Below, piece after piece: positions 38,655-52,315 of a stretch of 64,000 nucleotides of DNA (positions within the stretch are counted from its first letter, which is position 1; each line of letters opens with the position of its first letter). Source of the stretch: Octopus bimaculoides. Its lineage: Eukaryota. Both the position numbers and the translations under genes were made by a program. A model generated the notes under the pieces. It ran no database searches, was not told the origin of the DNA, and saw only the letters and a list, made by a program, of their open reading frames with translations. The stretch is from assembly GCF_001194135.2 (NCBI RefSeq), contig NC_069003.1, forward strand, positions 32,562,105 to 32,626,104, in the 5' to 3' direction.

Positions 38655-40576
38655 GTAAGTTCACTTTGAAGTACTGTCTGTTTTTTTTTTTTTATTCTGT
38701 TTGGTTTTAAATTATTATTATTATTTTCATTTATTTATTAGTCGGTAATAAATTTGTTGTTAACAAATGTGTGGTTGAATCAGTAGAGTGTCAGGCAAAA
38801 TATTTTGTACAGCTGGTGTGGTTTTTTTGATTCCATCCTTTTGTGTTTAGAATTCAAATCGTACAGGGTGTTTTTTTTATGTGGCACCAGCAGTAGTGCG
38901 GTCACAAAATAATTTACAAGGTGAAAACCCTCAACTGAGTTGGGGAATAGTAGTGTGGAAAGTGGCTTTGTGCCAGATGTAAGATTAGAGTATTAGTAGA
39001 GGGACAGATACATGGCTACATCAGTAGGAGGGTGAGAGAGATGGTGAAGATATGGCAGGGAGTACACTCAAGTTACAGGAAGGTGTATATAAGTGGCACC
39101 AAGGTATGGATATGTTGGTTGGTTAAGTTCACTAGATTGTGAAAGGAGATTGGGACCCCTACAAGTTGTAAGTGTATTTTACTATGGAGGAACTTTTGTT
39201 TTTTTAATAATATAAGTAATTACAGTTGTTCTTTGGGGTCACATTATCCAAAAGAAAAAATATATATATATTATTGATTTTTAACGAGGAAAATTGGGGT
39301 TCATATTTTATTGGAGATTGCATTATATTCAAATAAAAGTGATAGCATATTTGATGTAATGAGCATTTAAATAAAGTTAATTAGAAATAATTATGTGATA
39401 AGGCAAAAAACAATGTTTGTCATTTATTGATATTAATTGAATATTTACATAAGTACAGGAGATAACAATGGCAATAGGGAACCATTTTAACATCAGGAAT
39501 GAATTGTATTTGAATACGAATCTGTGAAACCACTGCTGTACCAAGAAAAGTAAGGAATTTTTAATTTTGTAAATACTTAGATATGATATCAGGCGCCTTG
39601 ATAAAAATATGTTGAATGAAATTTATTTCATCATTTTTTTTAATGTCCATTTTTCCATGCTCACATGGGTTGAGCAGAATTTGTTGAGGTAGGGTTTTCT
39701 GTGGCTGGATGCCCTTCCTGTTGCCAACCCTCACCTATTTCCAAGTAATGAAATATTTTCCTATGACAAGACATGTTTTCATGGAGGATTGGAAACAAAA
39801 GGCATCACTTGCATGGTGCTGACACTCATAACTATCATACAATGTCAAGGCTTCTTTCAGTTTCTATCTACCAAATCCACACACAAGACTGTCTAGATTA
39901 AATGTTACAATTTCTTCAGGTGCAGATCCATGGCCTCTCAAGACCAACGGATGTCTACGACTGCTAGATTAAGTGATATTTATTTCTCACTAGGTGGAGT
40001 ACCTTTTTTTTCTTTTGTTGATCCAACCTATACTAGAACAGTAAACTATATATGTATCATCATCATCATCATCATCGTTTAACGTCCGCTTTCCATGCTA
40101 GCATGGGTTGGACGATTTGACTGAGGACTGGTGAACCAGATGGCTATACCAGGCTCCAATCTGATTTGGCAGAGTTTCTACAGCTGGATGCCCTTCCTAA
40201 CGCCAACCACTCCAAGAGTGTAGTGGGTGCTTTATGATTTTATCTGAAGATTATTTTAAGTGGAATAGATAAGTTCCCATGGAATACTCAGCCACTTACA
40301 AAATACTTCAGTGAGTTGGTAACACCATTAATCAAACAAAAATGAAATACATTATCACATTTACCTGCGTACAATGTAATCTCTGATAAAATGTAAACCT
40401 ATGTTGTTTTTTTGTTTTTTTTAAACTTTTTTTTGAGAAAGAGTGTAATTTTGTGATAATTTGAATGTTTTGAAAGTTCTAAAGAACGAGTGCTTATTTT
40501 CTCTTTGACCTAAAACTTGTTTATATCTTCTTCATCTTGTTATGTTCTATTGTTGCAATTATTTCTATACTTGTAG

Positions 40577-40588
40577 CCAATGAAGCTG
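40577..40588 (+). CDS. ZO-1: Candidate 12-nt ZO-1 microexon in the HOOK region
   Basis: tttctatacttgtag|CC AAT GAA GCT G|gtaagt; consensus donor; phase 1-1 matches the flanking exons; upstream TGC at 40554-40556. Confidence 0.6.
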
Positions 40589-41808
40589 GTAAGTGTCTGA
40601 CACTGTATTTAAACTGTCTAGTTTCTTTTGAAATTGTTTTGCACCTGAATGTGTCTAACATGAGACTTTCAGTTCGTTTGTGTGTTGTATGTGCCAATTA
40701 ATTGTGTAGTTAATGTTCATGTTTTATGCGAATCTGCATTATTTAGTGTTGTTGCTCTTGTTGCTTTCATTCAAAGAAAAATAAAACAAGCAAAAATAGA
40801 AGAAAAAAAAAACAGAATGCTATATATGTATGATATTTCAGATGAGCAATGACATTTTTTAAAAATGTTTTCTTGTTATTTTCTGTTTGGCTTTTTTTTC
40901 GATATTTACTATTTCTATTTCAATATTACTATTTTAACCAGTTTAGCATTTAAACTGCCATATCCAGCCCAAACATTCTACCTGTGTTTTATGTTCAAAC
41001 CAGCCAGATACCACTTCTCACACCTCCCCTACAATGTCATCCTTAAAATAAACAATCACATCTTGAAGCTATGAAGTAATGCAGCATGATTAATTCAAAA
41101 CAACGTGAATAAAGAAGCATTACATTTGACAGAATAGTCTGATTGCTTAAAGGGTTGATGTTTATATTTTAAAACAGCAAATTTTGTATTGTTAACCTGA
41201 CAGATCTTGGTAGCATGTAAATTTTAACCCCCTTTTGTAACTATATTTTTAATGAAATACAGTTCTCCATATGTTTCAATTTAATTCTAAAAATAACCAA
41301 TAATCTGAAGAAATTCAATAAAATAATGCTTTGTCACTATTTTGTTGGTATTTTGAATACAACAAAAGGAGTCTTAAATAAAATTAAGATGGAATGTTAT
41401 AATTTGAATGTAAACACATTAAAATGAGAGGTTTTTGTCTCATAGAACCAGAGGCTGTCTCAGGTGTGTTGCTATTAAAAGCGTTGGATTGAAAGCTCCT
41501 ATAATTATCTGTTTTTCCTTATTTTCTAGATAAATTTCTCTATTATTTGTATATATTATTTTCTGAAGATTGTTTTTCAAGTTACATTTTACAACTGAAT
41601 CAAAATTCAGTGATGACCATTTTACACTGCTATCTTGTTTCAGTCACTGGACTGCGGCCATGCTAGATCACCATCTTGAAGGATTCAGTCAAACAAATCA
41701 TTTCGAGTAATTATTTTTAAAGCCTGGTTCTTATTCTATCGATCTATTTTCCCAAACTGCTAAGTTATGGGGACATAAACACAGGCAGAAAGACACACAC
41801 ATACACAC

Positions 41809-41849
<41 letters not shown>

Positions 41850-42649
41850 ATGTGCTTCTTTCAGTTTCCATCTGTGGTTCAGCACAGTAGAGATGACTTC
41901 CCCAAAACGCTGGACAAGCATGACTACTCACCTCCTAATCCCATTCAGGAATGATGGACACTGGTATTTCCCCATTTTTGTGGCTTGGAGAGAATTGCCT
42001 CACCTGTCTATGAGTTTCAAGTGTTTCAGCAGCCAGCATTTTTGTGGAGTCATCCCCACCATGCTGAACCACAGCATGCCTGTGAACAAGCAAGACACAT
42101 ATATTGTGTATATGTGCAGTTGATAATGTTTACAACACTAGTGCTGCTTCTAATTCATAAATGAACACACACACACACACACACGTGTGTGTGTATGTAT
42201 GTGTGTGTATGTATGTGTTATATTACATTGGCATTGACCATCTGGAATTTCATGTTACCATTCATATCACTCGTGTTGCAATGAGATTTTTATTGAGATT
42301 TACTTTTAAATAAGAACAATTTAGTACAGTATGTTGTTAGGTGGGTTTGTAACGAGAGGGATTAATTACTGCTTTTCCTCTTTGATCTGCTCTTTGATAA
42401 GTCTCTGTTAAATATAATTCTTAGTCTATATCAAAACCGAGCAAAAAGCTTACTGTCTGCACATGAGAAAGCATTTTTTTTTTTTTTTACTTTCTATCAA
42501 TTTGAAATATTTTATTATCTCAAAAATCAATATTCCTATCTTTTTCTTTTTCTTTTTTTTGTTAATACAGTTTCTTATTTTTATTGAAGTGGTCTCTAGT
42601 TAAAACTAATTTTGTACATATGTAATGTATGAAACTTATTCATTCTCTT

Positions 42650-42870
42650 AGTTAACACACACATGCACATACTTTTCCAGTTAACACACTCAACCGCTCT
42701 TTTAGTTAACACACACAGACACACACACACACACACACACACATACATACATTCTTCTGCTTAAAACACACACACACAGTTAACACACGTGCTCTTCTGG
42801 TTAACATACACACACACACACAAACACATGCTCACACTCTTATAGTTAATACACACATTCTTTTCTAATT
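42650..42870 (+). repeat. Degenerate minisatellite (ctcttttagttaacacacac-like unit)
   Basis: About 7 GTTAACAC-type motifs separated by (CA)n and short pyrimidine tracts. Confidence 0.6.
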
Positions 42871-43134
42871 AAGACTTGTGTGTCCTTGTACTTACGACTG
42901 ATGTACTCTTCAAACCCAACCTAATTCAGGTAGGTGGAGATGCACTGAATGACATACATGAAACACTTGTCAATGAATTGGAATTTACCTCTTAGTTGGA
43001 GAAACAAAAACCTAGCTGTAGTTGTCAGCAACTCACAAAATAAAGGAGAGATAATTTCAAGAAATAAGAATTACTTTCAGAGAAAATCTATACTTAATGG
43101 GAAAATGTAGTCTTTGTTAATTGACAGGATAACA

Positions 43135-43177
43135 GCTATGGGTATGTTTCAGTCTTATTAGACCTCTTCAGCAAAGC
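43135..43177 (-). ncRNA. Degenerate hammerhead-like motif
   Basis: minus strand reads GCTTTG-CTGAAGA-GGTC-taataa-GACT-GAAAC-AT-ACC-CATAGC; cleavage triplet is ACC instead of GTC. Confidence 0.45.
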
Positions 43178-44501
43178 AAGAATGGTCTTTTCAAACCTAC
43201 TCAATCAGCGAACGTTAGATTTTCGCAAAGCAAATGGAAACACATTTACTGACAGTTTTGGCCAGTGGTAAATTGTATAGTTGCGAAACATGAGCTAAGA
43301 GGAACAACTCAAATGGACTGTTGGTTTGAATTTATATAATTCAATGTAGGTGGTGATGTACCATATAATTGCTTCAAGGGCAATTTCATTTTGCTTAGTT
43401 CTGAAGTATATTGTGCTCTTTAACACAAAAGGGATTTTTCCCAGACGGAAAACTGCAGCTTCTGGCTTTCCAACGATGCGTATACATTAAGTAAGTTATA
43501 TTCATAAAGTTTTTACTCTAAAGCTGCTTCTAGTGCATTGTTTGAATTTTATTTTCCTTATGCAGTGTCATTGAAAACCTGTGTATAGTTTATATAATAT
43601 TTCTAAAAACTTCAGATTAACTGATTCGATCTTGTTTTGGAAGTTACATGAGTTTGTGACATTCAGAAGCCACAACAACAATGAAATTTGTATTTGTTGC
43701 TCTTGCGGTCATTTCCGGAGTGATTTTGTTTTGCCTAGCTAGTGTTTTTCTACACAATATGTCTACAAAGGGTATTTTTTTTTCCCCAAACAAAGACCTA
43801 CAGCTTCTGGTTTTTCAGACATACACTTATGTTAAGTATGTTATATAGATAAAGTTTTTACTATAGCACTGCTACTATTATGTAATTCTAATTTTAGTAT
43901 GGTGTATGTATAAAACAATTGTTAGCAGCTCTCAAAGAAAAAAAAAAAAAATGATAATTTTAAGAAATGAGAAATTCTTTTCACAGAAAATTTATTCATG
44001 CTTAGAAGGAAAACAATCCGTAACTCTTTCTTGAAAAGACTATGCTTTACTCATGAGGTTTAATAAAACTTAAACAAGTCTGCAACCATTTACTTGCCTG
44101 CTAAGAAAACAGTTTGGATTTTTTACTCAATAATGAAAATTAAGTTTTCTATGAAATTTATTCCTCCTCCTCATCATCATCTTCATCATCATTATTGTCA
44201 TCATCATCATCATTTAACATCCATTTTCCATGTTGGATGGGCTGACAGGTTCTGGTGGACCACAAAGCCACATCAAGCTTCAGTATCAGTTTTAGCACTT
44301 TATTTCAGTGGACTGTCCCACTTCTCGGAGAGAGAGATAACATAATACTCACATGCACTATTGTTCTGCACCCACATCAGCCCTGCTAGCTTTTATACCT
44401 CTTGTTTGACTGCCATAAAAATTTAGACTTTTAAAGACGTATCTACTGTTTCTTACAATGTTAAGATGTTTATCTATAAAAAAATATAATTTTCTGTAGA
44501 A

Positions 44502-44551
<50 letters not shown>

Positions 44552-47043
44552 AAGTTTTAAATCCTTAAGGAGTCTACTTTAGACTTTTTGCGGTGAAATC
44601 TCTTGCTATATTGGTAATGATTACATGTTTTTCTATGAACAAATATATATATATATATTTTTTTTTTTTTTACTGTGCTCCTATATACATACAATCAATG
44701 AAAATATTTTGTTATATTTCAGTCCATTATGGTAACGTCTCTTTTTCCCAGCTAACTTTTCCTTACTTGATAAAATAAATACCAGACAAAATACTGGGAT
44801 GTGAGTTGATATTATCCGTAAAAGCCAATGAAGGTGGAACTCCCAACATGGCTGCAATCCAATGACTGAAATCAGTACAAGAAAAATTTTTAAATATAAA
44901 GTTACATACTGGTTTCTTCACTTTGTTGTACTTAGAAAGCTTCTGATTTCTTTTACAACATTTGTAATTCTTTTATTGTTGTTTTTTTTTATCTGTTTTA
45001 CAAAGCTAGTTTTATACGGTTCTTTTTATTGATAAAAGTCTCTCTTGACATTCCCACTTCTGTGCTGTTCGTGTTCAGTCTGTCAGACGATTTTCTTTTT
45101 TTTGCCATACTTTAAGATGGTTAGTTATTCTTTGTACGCAAAGAGATTTGCTTATACGATTTCACAGTATTCCTCATGACTTCATTTTAGTTCATACGTT
45201 GAAATTAATTTCTTTGTGCACAGTGGTATTTAACAACAATCTTTTCAGTTTGTATTTTATTTCATGCTCTTTGAGTTATCTGGATTCTAAGAAAGTCTGT
45301 AGCCAGAAAACTTTTTAATTATATATATAGATGTATATATGTATATAAACACACACATAAATATACACCCATATATATATATATATACACACACACATAA
45401 ATATACACCCATATATATATGTGTATATATACACACACTAATATATACCTCTCCACCCCTCTCAATATATATTTATTAGTATTTACCTAAATATATATAT
45501 ACTAATGTATCGGTATATCAATATATAGGTGTGTGTGTGTATATATATATATTCACAGCCACACATCTATGCACTTGTGTGTATGTGTGTTTATATTCTA
45601 CAGTGTTTCCAATACTATATCACTGAAACATAGGTGAGAAACAAAAGAGCTAATAGAACAAATGTTTATATATTCCATTGTTGAAGTTAGATTTTCTCAT
45701 AACACTTGTTCTCTGTTATTTGCAATATTTGTAGTTATTTTCATCAATAGCATGCTGTTATATTGTGATTGTTTTCACGTAGAAACTCCCGTGTTGCCTC
45801 ATTTTAATAAAGAACAGAGTTAAGGTGTTTTTTTTATTTTTCCTTCTCAATATTTCTATCTACAATATTTCTTATTACGTTTTTTTTTAATTTTTTTTTT
45901 TTTTGTTCAGTATATGTCTAAATAGGTTATAGAATTTTCCAAATAATGATGACAAGAAACATTGTAGAACATTGCTACTGGGACATTAACACCTTATGGT
46001 GTAACCATTAGACAATTATCATAAAGCAGTGAAGAATGTTTTCACATGATTATTTTACATGCTAGACACAGTGGTTAAATTTTTATTAAATCACACCATA
46101 CTGTCTTTTAAAAAAAAGGATGGATTGGATATAGATGCTGATGTAGTATGTCTGAAAAACAAAACAAAAATTGAAGCAATGTGGAGGTCATGGCTAGAGC
46201 TTCTTTCCTTGTACTCCTGTTGTAGCAGGACAAAACTGATTCTAGTCAATGACAGCACCCACATTAAAGCGGGGGCCTTTGCACTGTTGCTTGAGTCACT
46301 AGAAATAGAGACTAGACTTACCTTGAATAGATACAGGTGTGGCTGTGTGGTGAGAAGTTTGCTTCCCAACCATATGTTCCAGGTTCAGTCCTTGGGCAAG
46401 TGTCTCCTACTATAGCCTCAGGCCAACCAAAGCCTTGTCAGTGGATTTAGTAAATGAAAACTGAAAGAAGCCTATCATATATACATGTGTGTATGTATTT
46501 TTGTGTTTATCCCCGACTACTGCTTGGTAACCAGTATTGGTTTGTTTATATCCCCATAACTTAGTGGACAGGTAAAAGAGACCTATAGGAAAAGTACTGG
46601 GATCAATTTGTTCAACTGAACCTTTCAAGGCCCCAGCATGGCCACGGTCCAATACCTGGAACAAGTAAAAGATAGAAAGATAAATCATACTGTTTATTCT
46701 TGAAAAGATGAAAGTGTCACACAGTGGGACTGAACATAAATCCCTGGGAAGCAAACTTGTTACATATACAGACACACCTGCACCTATCGATTTAGATACA
46801 GCAAATCAAAAGAAGCCAGTGTCCAAGGAAACTAGCAGTAGTCTTTGGTCAGCAAATGTACTTTAGGTAAATTCTTCAGAGAGAAGAAACGATATATATT
46901 CATTCTACCCTCTTTTTCAGAAAGAAAAGTCCCTTTGCTCAAAATCTTGCTGCTCATGTCCCCCTGCCACATATAGACTCATTCAAATATGCAATATTTA
47001 GATATAAGTAAATAAGTTCTAATGAATGGAAAAAGACATTTAA

Positions 47044-47265
47044 CCTTTTAGCATTCAAATTACTCTGTCAAATGTAATGCTTAGTTTAATTCACATTGTT
47101 TTTAATTAATCAGGTATTATCTCATAGCTTCAAAATTTTGATGATGTGATTGTTTATTTTTAGAATGACATTGTAGGGTAGGTGTAAAAGGCCAGATCTG
47201 GTCAGTTTGTACATAAAACAGGTAGACTATTTGATCCAGATATGGATGGTTTAAATGCTAAAGTG
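47044..47265. mobile_element. piggyBac-like TTAA-flanked MITE; opposite-orientation copies at 40938-41154 and 28550-28750
   Basis: TTAA|CCTTTTAGCATT...AATGCTAAAGTG|TTAA; internal sequence is the reverse complement of the other two copies. Confidence 0.75.
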
Positions 47266-48432
47266 TTAAAAGCTTTTTGTTGTCTTATAAAATCATTTTG
47301 TTTGAAATATTTCTTCAGTTACTAATTTTTTTTTCTTTTATGTAAATTTGTTTGATTGTTTTGGGGCCATTTAAAAAAATTAAAATACAATTCTTAGATT
47401 ATATTTATCTTTCTCGAAGTCTGCTACATTTTATTGATTCTTACCAGGCATGATTGGATACTTAAATTACTATAACTACTGTTTTGTAACCTCCAGATCA
47501 GCTCTGATGGAGCAGACCTGTGGCATGTGAATAATGGACCAAATGACTTAGATGTAACTGACTGACATATTATTCCAGATATACAATGTCTCTGCCTTGC
47601 TTATTGCCATACATTACATACAGAGATTAATCATGTAGAGTGTAGTGTAGCAATTTAGACATGTACTAAGTAAACTAACAAAGAACCTTCTACATGGTCA
47701 CTGTGCTAAGATGACCATGTTGAGGTGTCTTCATTGCTAAGATTAGCTACCAAATCTCCTTCAAAGAGCCCTTTATATAATGGTCATCATCATCATCATC
47801 ATCATCATTATCATTTTACATCCCTTTTTCCAAGCTGGCACGGGTTGGATGGTTTGATCAGATGTTGTGAGCCACAGGACTGCATCATGCTCCATGTCAG
47901 CTTTGGCATGGTTTCTACTACTGGGTGCCCTTCTTGATGCCAACCACTAAATAGTGTGTATTGGGTGCTTTTTTGTGCATCACTGGCACCAGTAACATGC
48001 AAATCAAGAAAGTACAAGAAATGGGAAAGACAGATGGAAAACAGATGCAGGATGGTCACTACAAGAATACTGGTTTATGATTGGAAATTTGGTACAAAGA
48101 AGCACATTCCAACTTGATGTGATTATGAAAGGTATTCGTCTGAGTGCATCTGTTCAGCAATTAATGTCATGTCAACTGGCAGATGTAATAGTAAATATAT
48201 ATATCTTAACTATATAATGCTTATTATTAATAATTCCTGACACTTCAAATAATAGAGTCTCACAAGAAGAAAATGACAAAATTAAAAGCTTGGTTAAGCT
48301 CTAAGTATTCTTAATGTGTGATGTGTATGTATGTATGTATATTTGTATATGTGTGTATGTATGCATACACATACTGTATGTATACATGTGTGCATATATA
48401 TATATATATATATTCATATAAGTGTGTGTGTA

Positions 48433-48497
<65 letters not shown>

Positions 48498-50625
48498 ATA
48501 TATATATATGTGTGTGTGTATGTGTGTGTGTGTGTGTGTATATAGATAGATAGATTTTACAAACAAAAGAGAATTTAATACATAAAGCAGAATGAATATA
48601 TACATACATACATATATACACATGCACATATATATATACATATATAAATATTATTTATTAGTTCTGAAGTCTCATAAGCAACTGAAGGGTCTTGAGTCAC
48701 TTAGGTTGTTTAAAATCAAATAAATCATGCATGTGTGTGTGTGTGTGTGTGTGTATAAGAAATATAATTCACATCAAACATGCTCCTTGCCTTTAAATTA
48801 GCTACAAAAAAATACACCAATAAATAATTTCTTTTTTTTCTGCATATTGATAATTTAGGCATTATAAAGTTTTAAGAGAGTGAGAGGTTGGGAGGAGGGG
48901 GTCCATATGAACTAGTTTTGTGTCCCTGGCAAAGACACTTAACAATCAACTGTTTCTTCCCCCTTTATAATTGCTGTAAATAATGCGTTCAAAGCAAATA
49001 TCTTCCATTGTATAATTTGCATGAGGTTTGTACATGCATGTGTGAGTGTTACATGTAGTTTCTCTTCTCTGTATGTGTTGCATGGTTTTATCAAATTGCT
49101 ATTGAAGTGTTTGGGATAATAATCTTATCCTACACAATATATCACCCAATATGATATTACCAATGTGAGCAAGATTGTCTATTTTATGGAAAACCAAGCT
49201 GATAATTTAACATTCACTTGGATAATTGCCAACTTGATTAAACAGGCACCATTAACTCTGACGAACGTATAGTAATTTTCTTGAAGCATCTCTCATTCTT
49301 TTGTAAAGGTTTATTTTTGTTTTGACACTTATTTTGTATGTATTATTTTCAAAGGCTTCTGAAACTGCATTCTTTTACTAAAAATTAATTATATATGCAA
49401 GAATTAATTATATATGTAAAAATTAATTATATATGCAAACCTGAAAACATTATTTCATTTTGTTTAGTTTTTTTTTATATATTTTTGTTTTGATTTCCCA
49501 AAATCAAATCTTTTCTGCAGATAATAAACTCTTCATATTCTTTCTAATTATTGAAATTACTATTATTAACAACCACTTTATCATATCTCAGTAGTCAGTA
49601 CTCTCCATTCATAAAGATCTATATTGATAAGCAAATGGAACCATCCATTGTGATTTCAAAACTAGTCTGAAGGGAAGGGCAGCTGTAGTGTGTTATTATT
49701 AACATCATCATCATTGTCATCGTCATCATCATTGCAGTGGATTAACCGAGTCACTAGAACATTGGAAAAATGCCTTGTGATATTTCTTCCAATTCTTTGC
49801 ATTCTGAGTTCAAATCCAACCAGGGTCTACCTTATTTTTCATCTCTCCAGGGTCAATAAAAAGTATCAGTTAAGTTCTAGGGTCCACAATTGCTGGCTTT
49901 GTGCTTAAATCAGAAGCAATTATTTTTATTTTTATTTTCAACCACAAGGTCATAAGCTGGCAGAATTGTTAGCATGACAGACAAAATGCTAGCTGCATTT
50001 CTTCCAGTTCTTTACATTCGGAGTTCAAATTCCACCAAGGTCGTCTTTGTCAGTCAACCTTTTAGGATCAATAAAATAAGTAATCGACTTAACCCCCTCC
50101 GCTAAAATTTTAAACCATCAGTATTTTCAATCATGTCCTCACCAACTTTTTTAAAGTTCCACTTCAAAAGGAAGGTGAAGCTGGAAATGATGCAACTTTC
50201 TTCCAATAAATTTGTCAAAAGTCTGTGGTGAAAATGGTCAGAGTAGGTGGAATTACTCCAAGCATGTGCTTGTAGGTCGGAGAGCAACAGCTTGGAGAGG
50301 TCACTTGCTTTTGGTGTTGTGGATGACTTTCACTTTGTAAAGTTCTTTAATTGGCCTGGCTGGCGAGCCACACCAGATTGTTCAATTACAGTCATGTGAT
50401 AGAGAAAAAGAAGAAAGACAGAGAGAAGAAAAAAAATAATAAAAAGAAGTAAACAAAGAAAATAAAGGGGGGGAAGGGAAAGAAAATTCACAGCAACAAT
50501 GCTCTTCTCAGTATGTGAGAGGTACCAGTTAAGACAATCTTTTGCACTTCCTGCATGGATGGTAAACCAGGGATCATTCTTGAATAATTTTCAGTTCCTT
50601 TATTTATTCATTTATTATTATTATT

Positions 50626-50717
50626 GTTCAGTAGTTTTATTTTTATAACGTGCTTTCACTTCACTACTGAGCGCAGCTCTGTGCGCCTTGGGTATGTGCT
50701 TGGGTATGCCCAAGGCG

Positions 50718-50719
<2 letters not shown>
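50626..50719 (-). mobile_element. Short non-LTR retrotransposon 3' end in a (TAA)n tract, possibly R4/Dong-like, with terminal hairpin
   Basis: Complex 94-bp sequence flanked on both sides by (TTA)n; 14-bp stem at 50682-50695/50706-50719. The family assignment is from recollection only. Confidence 0.45.
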
Positions 50720-50754
<35 letters not shown>

Positions 50755-50960
50755 CATACATGCATACATACATACATACATGCAACTCATATAAAATAGG
50801 ATCTAATATATCTATTTGTTTTGTTTTTGTTATTTTATATTCATTTCATATTTTTCATATTTACCTTTTATATCCCTGGGAAAAAAAAAACATATTCAAA
50901 CATGAGATCTTTTTGAAAACCTTTTTTTTTGTTTTTTACTTGAACTATTTCTACTTGCAG

Positions 50961-51011
50961 TTAATCACAGCACCAAGTTTCCTGCTTATGAACGTGTGAT
51001 TTTGACTGATG
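50961..51011 (+). CDS. ZO-1: ZO-1 exon, start of GuK domain
   Basis: ctacttgcag|TT AAT CAC...GAT G|gtcagt; encodes NHSTKFPAYERVILTD; phase 1-1. Confidence 0.94.
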
Positions 51012-51126
51012 GTCAGTTTGAGTTTTCATATTTCCTAACATCTTTTATTTAAATTTATCTGTTATTTTCAACCGTCTCTCCTCAAACATTCTCAGTCAAT
51101 CCATTTCAATCCCTAGTATCACCTGT

Positions 51127-51290
51127 ATGCCACCATACTTTATCCATCTTGAAGTTCTGCACTTAGCTCTGTGCTCTCTGTTGTTATTCCCCAGAATATC
51201 AATCCTCTGGAATTCTCTCTCTTTCTCTGCAGCTGTCATCTTGCACCTGTTCAGCAGGACCGTTAACTTACATCAATCTCACCAGCCTTG
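51127..51290 (+). mobile_element. L2/CR1-like LINE C-terminal fragment
   Basis: LFPRISILWNSL...LHLFSRTVN resembles the FFPRxxxLWNSLP terminal motif. Confidence 0.45.
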
Positions 51291-52127
51291 GAAAACTTAC
51301 TATGGCTATCCACACAACCTTTTCCAGCTTTGTCAAAATATGACAATAAATTGAATTATGGAAAAATTTATATTTATTAGATTTTAAAAAAAAGGTTTTT
51401 TTTTTACTATTTTATCTCAATATGATTTAAAAAAAAGAAAATGCGATTGCTATTCATTATTTTCTGTTATTAGATTAGTGGCTTATTTGATTTCTAGATC
51501 TTAAATACCTTTATCATAACTTGTACAAATTAGATAGCATCTTAATATCTTTTTTTCTTTCTTTTATTTTTTGGTTATACAATTAGGAAGCTTGTCGTAC
51601 GAAAGTGAAAGTAATCGGTTCTGTTACTCATTTTTATGATCTTATTAAAGGAAAATATGAGATTTCTGTAGAAAATGTCTCAAGGGACAGGGAGTGGAGT
51701 GGGGTGTATGTTTTTACGAGAAGCACAAATCAGGCGATAATAATGGATACTATTTAGTCAGCGTGAAGAGAGATTGGTAGGACAATGATTGCGTGTTTAA
51801 TATCGATTTTGTTTTTGTTGTTGCCGCTGCTGCTGCTGCTGCTGTTTAGCCCCAGGTCAGCGTTAAGATTGATCTAACAACGTATGATCTAATGTGTTAC
51901 AGCTGCAATCATCATTAGATTTTCTCTTCTTTTTTTGCTTTTTTTTTTTTTTTTACCTTTGATTTAGTGTATATAGAACTATATTATCTCCAAAGTGTCT
52001 CTAACCCAAACCAGTCTTTGAACGCAATAGAGGAGATTTATGTCCAAAGGTAGTCCAGCTTTGATCTTCATGTTTTAGGAGTATCTAGAACTGTATTATG
52101 CATTGTATTCTGGTCTTTCCTGTTTAA

Positions 52128-52315
52128 CCCTTCTGCTGCAGAAAATAGTTTTACATACCAATCTATCATTTGTTGAGGAATGTCATGTTTGAAACTAGTT
52201 TTTATTGAGATATGCCAAGTATATTGACTTGCAGTAAAATATCAATTCTATTTTTTGGCAGATATTTAACATCATTATTGAAATAAACATGATATTTAAT
52301 TATGCAATTAAAGGG
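52128..52315. mobile_element. TTAA-flanked MITE (piggyBac-like)
   Basis: TTAA|CCCTT...AAGGG|TTAA. Confidence 0.55.
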
